Positions 32,077 through 44,968 of a stretch of DNA of 64,000 bases are shown one piece after another (within the stretch, counting starts at the first letter, position 1; every line of letters starts with the position of its first letter). Location: the NCBI RefSeq assembly GCF_963921235.1, contig NC_086108.1, forward strand, positions 39,744,001 to 39,808,000. The letters are read 5' to 3'. Source of the stretch: Mobula hypostoma. Lineage: Eukaryota. A program made the translations under genes and the position numbers. The notes under the pieces were generated by a model, which saw nothing but the letters and a program-made list of their open reading frames with translations, was not told where the DNA came from and made no database searches.

Positions 32077-32948
32077 CGGTAGGCCCTCCGTATCTGCGGG
32101 TTTTGCATCTGCAGATTCAACCAACCACGGATCGAAAATACTGTACACAGGTTTCCCCCGCTATCCAAAAGTAGAGCAGAAATGGCGTAAAGCGAAGAAG
32201 CAATTACCATTAATTTATATGGGAAAAATTTTTGAGCGTTCCCAGACTCAAAAAATAACCTACCAAATCATACCAAATAACACATAAAACCTAAAGTAAC
32301 ACTAACATATAGTAAAAGCAGGAATTATATGATAAATACACAGCCTATATAAAGTAGAAATAATGTATGTACAGTACAGTGTAGTTTCACTTACTAGAAT
32401 CGGGAAGACAGCGAGCACACTGGAAGGTTCATGCATTTTACTATCATACAGTTCTTTGTAAGCACTCAAAACATCCTGCAAACCTGCCCTAAACCTACGT
32501 GCCCTTTCAAAATTAAAGTCATACTTTTCTGCAATAATTGCAGCACTGTCAATCATAGCAAAAATCTCATGCAGTTCAAAGCTATGGCTTGCGCGCTGCC
32601 TCTATAACGGCTTGCTGCAAAAGAAACGCTGAACGCTATTTTCGCTGAGGCAGCATCAGCATTCCCAGAAGAGCTACGATGGTTGCGTCTCTACTGAGCA
32701 TGTACAAACTTTTTTTTCTTGTCATTATTCCCTAAAAAATACAGTATAACAACTATTTACATAGCATTTACATTGTATTAGGTATTACTGTATAAGTAAT
32801 CTAGAGATGATTTAAAGTATATGGGAGGATGTGTGTAGGTTATAAACAAATACTACACCATTTTATATAAGGGACTTGAGCATCTGCAAATTTTGGTATC
32901 CCTGAGGGCTCCCGGAACTAATCCCCCGTGGATACGGAGGGCCGACTG
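32077..32948 (+). mobile_element. Second Tigger3/MER7-like element, interrupted by a MER82-like fragment
   Basis: TA flanks (32075-76, 32949-50); TIRs CGGTAGGCCCTCCGTATC / GATACGGAGGGCCGACTG; body matches 27447-27776. Confidence 0.88.
32148..32646 (-). mobile_element. Tigger (MER82-like) deletion fragment with one TIR
   Basis: Starts CAGGTTTCCCCCGCTATCC, same family as 15438-17982; ORF 32302..32556 (-) NFERARRFRAGLQDVLSAYKELYD. Second TIR not seen. Confidence 0.85.
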
Positions 32949-35011
32949 TACTGTTCAATTAACTCTGTACATGAGCCAGTTATCTGTTGAGGAATTGAAC
33001 ACAACTATTTTTTCCATGCAGCCAGCTATTTCTGATTTAAAAAAAATGATTATTATCACCTGGTCCTCACTGTTTATGAACACATGAATTCATCCGTTTA
33101 GAGGTGGATGGAAGCTGGAAGTTACTGATGAATATTTGAAGATGCATGGAACTGGAGGCAGTGAAAGATCTGCTCAGTGTAGTAGTGAAGAAATTGGAAA
33201 GAAATGCTGAACGAGTGAAGTTTGAAATAAAACTTGATGTTTTTGTTACCATGGCGCATTACTTAGCAGACAATCTGTTAAATAGGTAGGGAGCTATTAA
33301 AGTAAAGGGTAATAGCAATGAAAACATCAACTTTGATTTCAAACTTCACACTAACGAGGAAGATGAGGAACTAAGTCTGAAATTTAATCAATTCCAAGGA
33401 TGAATGTGGGTATGAAAAGAGAAAACTATCTGATCGTTTGAGTAGAAAGGTGTAGGATCATATAACACCATCAAGATTACATTGAATAACAATGCAAAGC
33501 ATGAATGATCTGAAAAGTCAGTGTCACAGTAGCTTGGGAATTATATGTTGATAATTTGTCATTATTACAGACAATGCTGCTTATGTCTTTGCTTTCAGAA
33601 GGAAAGGCAACAGCCCTGCCCTGTTACGAGCCATTTAAAAGGGAAGAATAAATTTAAAGATGGTCTTCAGGATTGCAGTGGGAATAAAATGATCTGTTAA
33701 ACATGAAGTCAAACATAAGTGAAGTATGGAGGTGGACGAACAAAAATTCTGGATACATAATTTTAAATGTAAGCATAAGTAAACTTTCAACTTTCACTAC
33801 CCTTATTTTAGTGTCCAAATGAGGATTTTGGTAGCACCTCCAGCATTGTTCCTTTTAGTTTCAACTCTCAGTTACAGCTCTCATCTGCACCTCCTCTGCA
33901 AATAATCCTTTCAGAACTATTGTTTCTGTATTGTATTTCTCCTCAACTTTCCTCACTAATCTATTAATCAGACAGCTTTGTAATTGGAGATTTCCTTCTG
34001 TAACCTTGTCCACAGTCTATTGGTGATAATCTTTTTGTCTAAGCCATCCTCCTTCCACTCTCTTTATAACTTTAAATTCTCTTCCCATAAAAGCTGTCTG
34101 ACCAGTTGAGTTCTTCCATTATTATTTTTCATTTCAGATTTACAGTTTTTTAAACTTTTATTTATAGATGAAGCATGAATAGCAGGGTAGTGTGGTGATC
34201 CAGGAATGAGGTGAAGTGAGTAAGTGAGGCACGGTGTGGGAATTGATGGAAGAAAAGCCAATTAAGTCAAACCAGTGAAGTCTCTTTTCATCTTTTAAGC
34301 ATGTTCTGGTGAATAATCTGGAATTGAGTTCATTGTTGAATTTTATGTCTATTGAGCTACTTGTTTTATTAGAAAGCGGTCTGACTTTTTTTTTGCATTG
34401 TAGAAACAAACAAACATCCACATTTTTAAAAAAATCTTGTGTGAGAGAACCGTGGCATAATTTGCAGAAACATCCTTGCAGTTATACAGTTATTGGCTAA
34501 AATCCTAAATTAAAACTTGTATTCTGCAGATTTTGAGAAGCAGTAGTTTTGGCATGTAATAATCTACCACATTGGACTTGCATCATATATTACAATTCTC
34601 CTTTAATTGCTTATAAAATGAGGAATTTAAATTGTGGGAAACTGCAAATGCAGCACTTGATTCTACTATCAGAGTTTATATAATATTGATAGGACTTGGC
34701 AGTGGACCCCCATTGGCCAAGTAGAAATTGGTCACCTGTGGATGATGTCAGCATACATTCATAGGCCGGCCATGTGCAAATTTACAGTTAAGTCAAAGTG
34801 GATTTGAAAGGGTTTTGAAGGATGCTTAGCTATAGTAGAGTTGTTTAACTCTTGGAAAGATTCTAGGTAAATGGAATTATAACTGATGTGTTTTTAGATG
34901 GAAGAACAGGTTTGTTAGGATGATAACATGAATGTTAATCAGATATTTTTTGTGATGAACCCACTCATATTCTGTTCTTGTAAAATGCCAGTTATTTAAC
35001 CCACAACTCAG

Positions 35012-36030
35012 TAGGGCCTTTGATAAGGTTCCACATAGTAGGCTGATTTGAAAGATTAGATTTCAGAGACAGCTGGCTTATTGGATACAAAATTGGCTTG
35101 ATGGTAGAAGCAGAGGATGATGGTATAAGATTTTGTTGGACTGGTGTGCCTTGGGTAGGTGTTGGGCCCACTGTTGTTTGTCATCCATGTCAGTGATTTG
35201 ATGAAGAATGTACAGTCATGGTTAATAAGTTTACAGATGACGCAAACGTAGGTGGACAAAGAAAAAAGTTATTTAAAAAAATTACAGGGGGCATCTAGAT
35301 CAGTTGAATAAGTGGTCAAGGAATGGCAAATTGAGTTAATTTGGCTAAGTATGATGCATTTTGGAAAGTCAAATCTAGTATGACCTTTGCAGTATACGAT
35401 AGGGCCCTGAGAAGTGTTGTAGAACAGAGGGACTTTGGAGTACAGTTACATGGTTCATTGAAAGTGGACTCACAGGCAGACAGGGTGGTAAAGAAGGCTT
35501 TTGGTATGCTGGTCTTTTTTTGGGAGGGGACCGAGTGCAGAAGTTGGAAGATCATGGTACGAGTGTACAGGTGTGTAGTAACTGGTGAGGCTGTACTTGA
35601 AATGCTGTGGTCAGTTTTGGTCGTCCTGCTATAGGGAAAGATGTTGTTGAACTTAAAAGAGGGCAGAAAAGATTTATTAGGATAATGCCAGGACTTGAGG
35701 GACTGAGTTATAGAGAGAGGTTGTACAGGCTAGGACTTACTTGGTATAAGAAATTGAAGAGGTGATCTTCCAAGAGGTGTATAAAATCTTGAGGGGTATA
35801 GTTAGGGTGAATGCCTTTTCTCCCCAGAGTTGGGGAAATCAAGAATAAGATGGCATAGGTTTAAGGCAAGGAGAGAAAGATTTAAGAGGAACTTATGGGG
35901 CAGCTTTATTTGCATGAAGGATGGTATCAATGTAAATCAGCTGCCAGAGGAAGCAGTTGAGGCTGGAACGATAACAATCTTTGAAAGCTAAATCGACAGG
36001 TGCGTGGATTGCAGAATTGGACGAGAAGAT
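35012..36030 (+). mobile_element. Degenerate CR1 LINE 3' fragment
   Basis: AFDKVPH remnant, ORF 35341..35634 (EQRDFGVQLHGSLKV...VVKKAFGML), GHRFK motif near 35850. Confidence 0.82.
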
Positions 36031-36119
36031 AAGACTTTAAAGTCAGTCCACTGTGGCAAGTTATCTTACAACATTAGGATGTTGGAAAATCACCACACTT
36101 CTAAACCTTATTCATTGTA

Positions 36120-36982
36120 CCTCCCTCTGAACTTCATTACCAGGAAACCACAGTCTGTATGGATCAGGCATAACATCTCCTCTTCACTGACAGTCAACAT
36201 GGACACACATTAAGAATGAAGGCTTAGCCCACAGCTCTGTTCTAGGAGCCATACAAGAGTGAGATAGATCAGCTGGTTGAAAGGTATTGCAACAACAACA
36301 CAAAATATCAGTAAGACCAAGGAATTGATTGTGGACTTCAGGATGGGAAGGTCAGAAGAACATCCACCAGTCCCCATTGAAGGGTCACTGTTGGAAAGGG
36401 TGAGCAACTTTTGTGGGTCAAGATTTTGGCGAATTTATTTTAGTCCCAACATATTGATAGATTCATGAACAAGGCATGCCAGTGCTTTATTTTGTTAAGA
36501 GTTTGAGGAGATCTGGTGTGTCATCAAACTCATATAAGTTCCTACACACGTATGGTGCTGAGAACACTGACTGGTTGCATCACAGCCTGTTATAAAGGCT
36601 CCAGTGCAGATGATTATAATAGGCTGCATAGGGCTGTGGACACTGCCAGCTCCATCATGGACACAACCCTCCCCATCATTGATGAGGTTTTTGAGAGATG
36701 GTACTTCGAGAAAGTGGCATTCATCACTAAGCACTCTCACTATCCATGAAATGCCATCTTTTACTATCATCAGGGAGGAGGTACAAGAGCCTGCCCACTC
36801 AATGATGTAGGAGCTGCTTCTTCACCATCAGATTTCTGAATGGTCCAGGAACCCTACCTTGTTTTTCCATTTGCATGATTTATTTATTTTCTAATTTGTA
36901 TTGACTCTCTTTGCACTGTATTGCTATTGCAAAACACCAAATTTCATGTCATTTATGACAGTGATAATAAACCTGATTCTGA
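36120..36982 (+). mobile_element. Degenerate Rex1/Babar LINE 3' fragment
   Basis: NISKTKELIVDFR, LTGCITACY; 3' end GATAATAAACCTGATTCTGA. Confidence 0.82.
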
Positions 36983-38766
36983 AATATCAGGAGTAAGCCT
37001 CCCAGTCCCTCAAGCCTGTCCTGCTATTCAGAGTTTTTTTTTGGCTGATGTGCTTTGAGCTCTATCTTCTTTTGAGCTCTCCCTGGACTGTATTTCCCTG
37101 ATCTTTGAAGAATTTATTTACTTCCTTGTTAAATCCATACTCCCTCTTTCCCCCACAGAGATTCAAAGAGAGATGCTGCAAGAAGTTTATGATGAATTAT
37201 TAAATATTTTAACTGGCCATTTGTAATATTTTTGAATTGTACTGTGTCTTAATACTGGAGGTAATAACAAAGAGAACATTGTCACTTTTGGATCAATTTG
37301 ACTGATTTATAGTATTTGTAATTGTGAGGACCTTTTGGCCCCATGAAACCCAGAGGGGAATGTGATAATTAGCTCCATCTTATTTACTGGTGGTTTGTTT
37401 TCTGGCCATCATATAATTGGAATAAAATTATAGTGTGGTTTGTGATTACTTAGTCGCTTCAATAGTTGTGATAACATGATGGCAGATGCACCACTGTGCG
37501 TTCTAATTTAACACTTCGTTTTGATTTGCCTACCTTGTCAAACGTAGATTTTGTGCTGAAACTTCCTTAAGATGACTTTATGGTGTATGTATGTATACCC
37601 AATTTCATTCAAGTTTACTTGGTAAGAGTAATTGTTGCAGATACATTCTTCCTTTCCTGTTGGGTATCTGTACTGCAAGGAACTAAGGAGCGTTTTTAAT
37701 GTATGGGATGCAAGCTGAAAGAAATGATGGAACATGGGAGGCCAGTTGGTCCATCCAGTTTATGCTGGTCTCAGAGTTCAACGATTCTCTGTAACCTGTC
37801 CTCTGATCCCCAACTATACCTCTACCCATCTCTAGCAGGGGTAATTTTTAGATGCTGGATTGACTCTAAACCCTTTGGAAAATAGTGAAGCTTTGTAAAT
37901 CAGAAAGACAGAAGGAAATGCATATTGGATATTTTGATTTTGTATTCTTATGGATAGAGAGTGGCATGCTATTTGTTACAGCAAAAAAGTTTCACAGGTC
38001 AAAGGTGGATACCCAAAATGGAAAATTATAAATCAAAGAATTACTGTAAACAGTTTAACTGACGCCACAACCTCCAGTAACTTCCTTCAACCCTGCATAC
38101 CTATTGCTCTTTTGATGGTTCATTGACAAATCTGACAATATTTATGTTCTGGTGACTGGCATGATCACAACTTCCTGATTTGTTACTGCTTTGAAGAGAG
38201 GATGTTGTGTTTTTTGAGAATGGGCTCACTTAGTTGATGTTATAGGTCTTTTCAACTTAATTCAATTCAAATTGTGTAATGAAGTGCTGACCCTTTGGTC
38301 AACGAATAAGGTAAATGACCACACAAATTGTAACTAATTCAAACTTGCAGCTTCACTGTATCAACTTGGATATCAAATTTAATATCCATGTAAATTATGT
38401 TGCCCCTCCCCCAGGGCAACAATTCCCAAGTGCTATTGTTCATTTAGTATCGTACTCAATAGTACTCACCCAAATTACTGTTCTTATTTACACGAAAATG
38501 GGGATCACACATTTCCAAATGACTGACTCCATCTCTCTGCCCAGGTTTGAGAGTCTTTGCAATAGTTTGTCCTTCCAGAGTACTTGCTTGTTAGTTTCCT
38601 GAGTTATTAACGTTCTACCTCCAACAACCGTTATTATTATTTTCCTTTATTGGTTTTGTGCAATTATACTTTGATTCTATTGGCTCTGATGCATTGGGCC
38701 ATCCTGTGTCTATTTGTCAATAACTAGCACAAGACTACAGGTGGTGCCACCTTTCTCCCAAAGTAG

Positions 38767-39130
38767 GACTATAATACGCAGGCACAGAATCAGGCCATTC
38801 AGCCCATCAAGTCTGCTCCACCATTCCTTCATGGCTGATCTCGGATTCCACTCAACCCCGTACACCTGCCTTTTGGCCATACCTTTTGATGCCCTGCCCG
38901 ATCAGGAAACTATCAACTTCTGCCTTAAATATACGCACAACCTTGGATTCCATCGCAGCCTGTGGCAAAGCATTCCACAGATTTACTACTCTCTGGCTAA
39001 AAAAAAATCCTCCTTACCTCTTTTCTAAAGGGTCTTCCCTCAATTTTGAGACTGTGCCCTATAATTCTGGATACCTCCACCATAGGAAACATCCTCTCCA
39101 CATGCACCCTTTCAACAATTCCCAAGTGCT
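38767..39130 (-). mobile_element. CR1 3'-end fragment
   Basis: AGGCCATTCAGCCCATCAAGTCTGCTCCACCATTC...CATGGCTGATC is the reverse complement of the CR1 3' UTR; AAGTAG flanks both sides (38761-66, 39131-36). Confidence 0.85.
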
Positions 39131-39481
39131 AAGTAGAATGTGTCTCTGATGTCATTCCTTTGCCTTTTGCTGAATCAGGCCACTTTCCCCTAAAGTTGCC
39201 TGTTCAAGTCAGACACTGGGATCAGACCACTCTAATTCATGAACATAGCCTACTCCTCAAAGAGCATCTCACAAATCACTTCTTATTTGGAAATTATCTC
39301 TGATTAGCAGATTATCAATAGGACTTTCATTATGTCCACATTCAATTACATAAATCGTAAAAAAAAAATTCAGAAAACAGCTTCCATCTCTTCCATCACC
39401 TGGTGACAACTAAGATATTTGTTTCATTTACTTATCCACTCTTTGACCTGTTTCAGATTTTTAATTTGGTTAGGTCTATAG

Positions 39482-39700
39482 GAGACATGAGACTGCAGAT
39501 GCTGGAATCTGGAGCAAAAATTAAACTGTTGGAAGGATGTTTCATGTTGAGAGTCTGCATCAGGACTGAGGGTATAGACTAGGGAAGATTGCCACTATGT
39601 AGAAGCGAGGTGGGGTGGGGATGGGTGGGAGGAAAAAAAAATTTAAACGAATATGGGGAAGGACTAGTGATAGAGACTCGTAGGTGATAGGTTATAACCA
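39482..39700 (-). mobile_element. Old PLE terminal fragment with decayed hammerhead motif
   Basis: GAGACTGCAGATGCTGGAATCTGGAGCAA tail; minus-strand CAGTC-CTGATGC...TGAAACATC at about 39536-39568. Confidence 0.65.
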
Positions 39701-42276
39701 GATATTATCTGTGTCCTTCGAGTTTATCTTTGTAGAACTTACAAAGTCCATGGATATGTAATTAAAGCTTACCATGTGCTCCAGTACATCAGTTGATTGC
39801 ATAAGTTTGTGTGTGCAAATGATCTTTTCTATCTTACACTTGATATTATCTTTATTCTGTTGCTATAACTCCATAGGTGAGTTGATTTGGGCAACAAGTC
39901 ATTGGTCATTAAGGAATTGTTTGATATTCATCCATTATTAAGCAAAGTTGTTCTGATGGGAAAAATTCTGGGTTTATCAGCATTTTAAAAGGTTGAATGA
40001 GTTGTACTCCAAGAATAATCTTGAACATGAACATTTTTAAGGCTTTGAGGATGGATACATATCTGATGAAGTCAATGTTTCTTTTGATATTTGGGTTTAT
40101 AAATCTTGTAGAAAGCCAAGCAATGGGATTTGGAACAAGATGGATAATTTAACTTTAAAGACACATTAACTCTCTAGCATTTCCTTCAGTTTGCAAACAA
40201 TTTTTAAAAGTTCAGTAATAATTTCCTTGGTTCCTTTCTTGTATGTTTGATCAGTTATTTCCTGTGATGGTCATAAATTGCCTTGACTATAATGGTGACT
40301 ATGTCTATTAATGGTAGTTTATTTGGAGATGGTCAGGCATATAACTGAGTAGCCCAACTTTTCTTGCTGTAGATTTGGTTTCAACAGACGCAAGCTGCAA
40401 AAATGACTTAGTTAATTCTGTATTTTTCAATGTAGAATATGTTTCATAAATTTAGAACCCTAATCCATTTCACTTAAAATACTGGAAACCCACATGATAT
40501 CACACAATTTTAAACTGTGAATTAATTTGGCTATTAATTAAATATTTACGATAATAGGATCAATTGGGTAGGGATTTTTACACAAAATAATTGAATTTGA
40601 AGCAGAATGTTATTAAAAAATTTGGTACCGTTGTGTGATTCATAAAGTCTCCACTTTGAACATGACACTTGTTTGATTTTAATCCTTTTGCTCTATCATG
40701 CACAATTATAGAAAATAGCTTAATGATTATTGTCTTTTATACATTCAGCATCTGCATTATCACTTAGGTATGTTTGTGGTCTGTGACCACAACTAACTAC
40801 AACAAGATTCTAATTCTAACTGCTTTAAATGAATGCTTTTCTCAAAATATTTGTAATAGTTCTATATTGCCTTAAATCCGAAGTTATCTTTTATGCTTTC
40901 TTTTTCTGTATAAGGTTTTTCTGGAAAAACATATAATATGATGAGCAAAGAACTGTAACACAGGTCACCTGTAAAACTAAATGCTTCAACTGCTTTGTCA
41001 CCAAAGACAATGGTGGAAGATGTGTTACATAGTGGCCTAAAGCAACAACAAAACCAAGTAAATTTTAAGAGACCACTTTTTGTGTAGTTTCATGTAGATT
41101 GATTTTATTAAATGGAAAGTTTAAAAAAAAGTCAAACTGAATTTGTTTTATACTGCAACTTAATATTTTTATTGCAATCATAGAAATAAAAAACGTCTGA
41201 AATGACACAGTGAGATTAAGATTAGTGATTCATACAATTTAATTATAGATGTAATTTAGTTAAAGTGTATTATAGATCCTTCATTTGATTGTTTCACCAT
41301 TTCTTAGGACATTGAGGGGTTGGCATAATAATACCATAAGACACTGGAACAGACCATTTGGCCCACTGAGTCTGCTCTGCCATTTGATCATGGCTGATCC
41401 ATTTCCCTGTCAATCCAGTTCTCCTGCTTTCTCCCCGTAGCTCCTCATGCTCGACTATTTAAGAACCTATCAATCTCCACTTTAAATACACTCATTGACC
41501 TGGCTTCCACAGCAACCTGTGGCAGTGAGCTCCAAACATTTACCGTCTGGCTATAAAAAATTTCTCCTCATCTCCATTCTAAATGGTTGTCCCCTCTATC
41601 TTGGGGTTCCTCTCATCCTAGACTCTCCCACTATAGGAAACAGCCTCTCCACATCCATTCTATCTAGGCCTTTCAGTATTCAATAGGTTTCATTGAGATC
41701 CCCATCCATTTTTTCTAAATTCCAGCAAGTATAGACATAGAACCATTAAATGCATTTCAATCCCAGAATAATTTTCGTTAGCCGCCTTTGAGCCCGCTCC
41801 AATGTAAGCACGATGTTAGCACATGCTTTTTTAGGTAAGAGGCCCCAAACTGCTCACAATACTCCAAATGAGGCCTCACCAGTGAATTTTAAAGCCTCAG
41901 CATTACATCCTTGCTTTATTTTTTTCCTAGTCTTCTCAAAATGAATGCTAACATTACATTTGCCTCCCTCACCACTGACTCAACCTGCAAGTTAACCTTT
42001 AGAGAATCCTGCACAAGGACTCCGAAGTCCCTTTGCACCTCGGATTTTTGAATATTCTCCCTGTTTAGAAAAAATTCTATGCTTTTATTCCTTCCACCAA
42101 AATGTATGACTGTACACTTTCCAACACCATATTCCATCTGCCTTTGTTCAATCTTGCAATCTAAGTCCTTCTGCAGCTTTCTTGTTTCCTCAACACTTCC
42201 TGACCCTCCACCTATCTTTGTATCATCCACAAACTTGGCCACAGCCGTGAATTCCATCGTCTAAATCAATGACATA

Positions 42277-42802
42277 CGTGGGGTGATTGCTAAGTTTGTG
42301 GCCTAAGGTAGAAGGAGTCAATTTTAGAAAACCTAGCATATTTATTTTTCAACATAGTCCCCTCCTACATTTACACACTTAGTTCAGCGGTCGTGGAGCA
42401 TACGGATCCCTTCTTTGTAAAAGTCGGTGTCTTGGACCTCCAGAAAGTGGTCCATAGCAGGGGTGATTGATAAATTCGTGGCCTAAGGTAGAAGGACATG
42501 AGTTATACAGCTCTCGTTACACGCACATGCAGTTCAACTCTTTTTGAGTGATTATGCAGGAAGTTTGAAATTAATAACTCATCTCCTTCCACCTTCGGCC
42601 ATGAACTTATCAATCACCCCGCTGTGGACCACTTTCTGGAGGTCCAAGACATCGACTTCTACAAAGAAGGGATCCGTATGCTCCACGACCACTGGACTAA
42701 GTGTGTAAATGTAGGAGTGGACTATGTTGAAAAATAAATGTGCTAGGTTTTCTAAAATTGACTCTTTGTACCTTAGGCCACAAACTTATCATTCACCCCT
42801 TG
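42277..42802. mobile_element. Fold-back mariner-derived MITE (526 bp, about 230-bp inverted arms)
   Basis: TA flanks (42275-76, 42803-04); arms 42277-42506 and 42574-42802; 42621-42737 translates to the mariner transposase C-terminus AVDHFLEVQDIDFYKEGIRMLHDHWTKCVNVGVDYVEK*. Confidence 0.93.
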
Positions 42803-44315
42803 TACAATGTAAAAAGAAGCAATCCCAGCACCAAGCCCTGTGGAACTCCACTAGTCACCACCAGCAGCCAATCAGAAAAGGCTAACTTTATTCCTAACTT
42901 TTTGCCTCCTGCCAAACAGGCAATGCTCTTGCCATGCTATTATCTTTCCTGTAATACCATGGGCTCTTATCTTACTAAGCAGCCTTTTGTGTGACACCTT
43001 GTCAAAAGCATTTTGAAAATCCGAGTACATGACATCCACCAATTCTCCTTTGTCAATTCTGCTTGTTATTTCCTCAAAGAATTCTAATAGGTTTGTCACG
43101 CATGATTTTCGCTTGAAGAAAGCATGCTGACTTTGGCCCATTTTATCTTTTGTTGCCAAGTACCCTGAAACCTCTTCCTTAACAATTGACTCCAGCGAAC
43201 TTCTAACCACTGAGGTCAGGCCTATAATTTCCTTTCTTCTGCCTCTCTCCTTTCTTGAACAGAGGAGTGACATTTGCAATTTTCCAGAAATCTAGAACCA
43301 TGCCAGAATCCAGAAGATCATTACTAATGCCTCCACAGTCTCTTCAGATACCTCTTTCAGAACCCAGGGGTGTAGTCCATCTGGTCCAGGTAACTTAGCC
43401 ACCTTCAGACCTTTCAGTTTCTTAAGTGCCTTCTTCCTCGTAATAGCAATTGCACTCACTTCTGTGTTCCGACACTCTCGAACTTCTAGTATACTGCTGT
43501 GTGTTCCACAGTGAAGCCTGATGCAAAATACTTATTCAGTTTGTCTGCCATTTCCTTGTCCTGCATTACTACCTACCAAGCGCCATTTTCCAGTGGTCTG
43601 ATATCTATTCTTGCATGTTTTTACTCTATATATCTGAAAAAGCTCTTGATATCCTCTTTGATATTATTGGCTAGCTAACCTTCATACTTCATCTTTTCCA
43701 TCCTTATGGCTTCCTTAGTTGCCTTCTGTTGGTTTTTAAAAGCTTCCCAATCCTCTAACTTCCCACTATTTTTGCTCTATTATGTTTTCTCTTTTGCTTT
43801 TATGTTGGCTCTGACTTCCCTTGTCAGCTACAGTTGTGTCATCCTGTCGTTAGAATACCACTTCAGGATTTATTTATCCTGTGCCTTTCAAATTGCTCCC
43901 AGAAACTCCAGCTATTGTTGCTCTGATGTCAGCCTTGCTAGTGTTGCCTCCCAGTCAAATTTGGCCAGCTTATCTCTTATGCCTCTGTAATTCCCTTTAC
44001 TCCACTGTAATGCATTCCACTGTAATACTGATGCATGTGATTTTTAGCTCCTCCCTCTCAAATTGCAAGGTGAATTCTATCATGTTAAGGATTCCTTTAC
44101 TATAAGCTCCCTCATCAAATCTGATTCATTACACAACACAAATCTGGAGTAGCTGATCCCCTAGTAGACTCAACCACAAACTGCTCTTAACAACCTCATT
44201 TCATAGATATTCTATAAATTCTCTCTCCTGGGAACCAAAAGCAGCAGCAACCTGATTTTCCCAATCTAGCTGCATATTGTGATCCCCATGACTATCGTAA
44301 CATTGCTCTTTTGAC

Positions 44316-44489
44316 GCAAACAACAGGAATTCTGCAGATGCTGGAAATTCAAGCAACATACATCAAAGTTGCTGGTGAACGCAGCAGGCCAAGCAGCATC
44401 TATAGGAAGAGGCGCAGTCGACGTTTCAGGCCGAGACCCTTCGTCAGGACTAACTGAAGGAAGTCCTGACGAAGGGTCTCGGCCTGAAA
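44316..44489 (-). mobile_element. Young 174-bp PLE mini-insertion: tail + intact hammerhead + inverted partial hammerhead
   Basis: 10-bp TSD CTCTTTTGAC (44306-15, 44490-99); 44318-44463 identical to 24227-24372; inverted AGTCCTGACGAAGGGTCTCGGCCTGAAAC at 44462-44490. Confidence 0.93.
44416..44451 (-). ncRNA. Minimal type-I hammerhead ribozyme motif (intact core)
   Basis: Identical to 24325-24360: AGTC-CTGACGA-stem II-GAAAC-GTC-GACT on minus strand. Confidence 0.85.
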
Positions 44490-44968
44490 CTCTTTTGACA
44501 TGCTTTTCCTATTTCCTGTTGTAATTTGTAGCCCCATTCTGGCTGCTGTTTGGAAGTTTGTGTAAAACTCCCATCAGGTTCTTTTTATCCTATCAGTTCC
44601 TTTGCTCTACCCACAACAATTCAACATCTTACAATCCTATATCACCATTTTCTAAGGATTTGATTTCATTTTTGCCAACAGTGCCATGCCACCCCCTCTG
44701 CCTGATTGTGTATCCTTGGATGTTAAGCTTCCAACTATAGTCTTCTTTCAGCCACAACACAGTGATGCCCACAACATCATACCTGCCAACCTCTAACTGT
44801 GCTGCAAGAACATCTACCCTTATTCTGTATACTGCGTGCATTTAAGTATAATGCCTTCATTCCTATATTTATCACTATTTAAAATTCTGTCCCCTTGTTT
44901 CACTGCAACTCACTCCACTGACACCTAATTTGCCTGATCATCTGCTTGTCCTTTCTGACAGTCTCACT

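Larger units (their letters stand above)
28500..33080 (-). mobile_element. Decayed Gypsy LTR-retrotransposon internal region (gag, protease, pol 3' tail), split by Rex1 and Tigger inserts
   Basis: ORFs 30113..30388 (QEHLELKPLLIAECFRFH...AYLTELKR) and 29841..30179 (two zinc-knuckle remnants CYHCGRGSQTLDQC, CRKCNKLRH); protease-like MELNTDSAVSII near 29610-29645 and LRTYTGEKI; gag N-terminus at about 31975-33030. No LTRs recognised. Confidence 0.8.

Noticed and set aside
33080..33560. Possible ancient L2-like fragment or Gypsy 5' LTR
   Set aside because: Only vague motif resemblance; no TG...CA/PBS and no matching 3' LTR near 28500.
33599..33700. Candidate exon after TCTTTGCTTTCAG (KERQQPCPVTSHLKGKNKFKDGLQDCSGNKMIC*)
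   Set aside because: Good acceptor but no clear donor, no recognisable protein and no partner exons.
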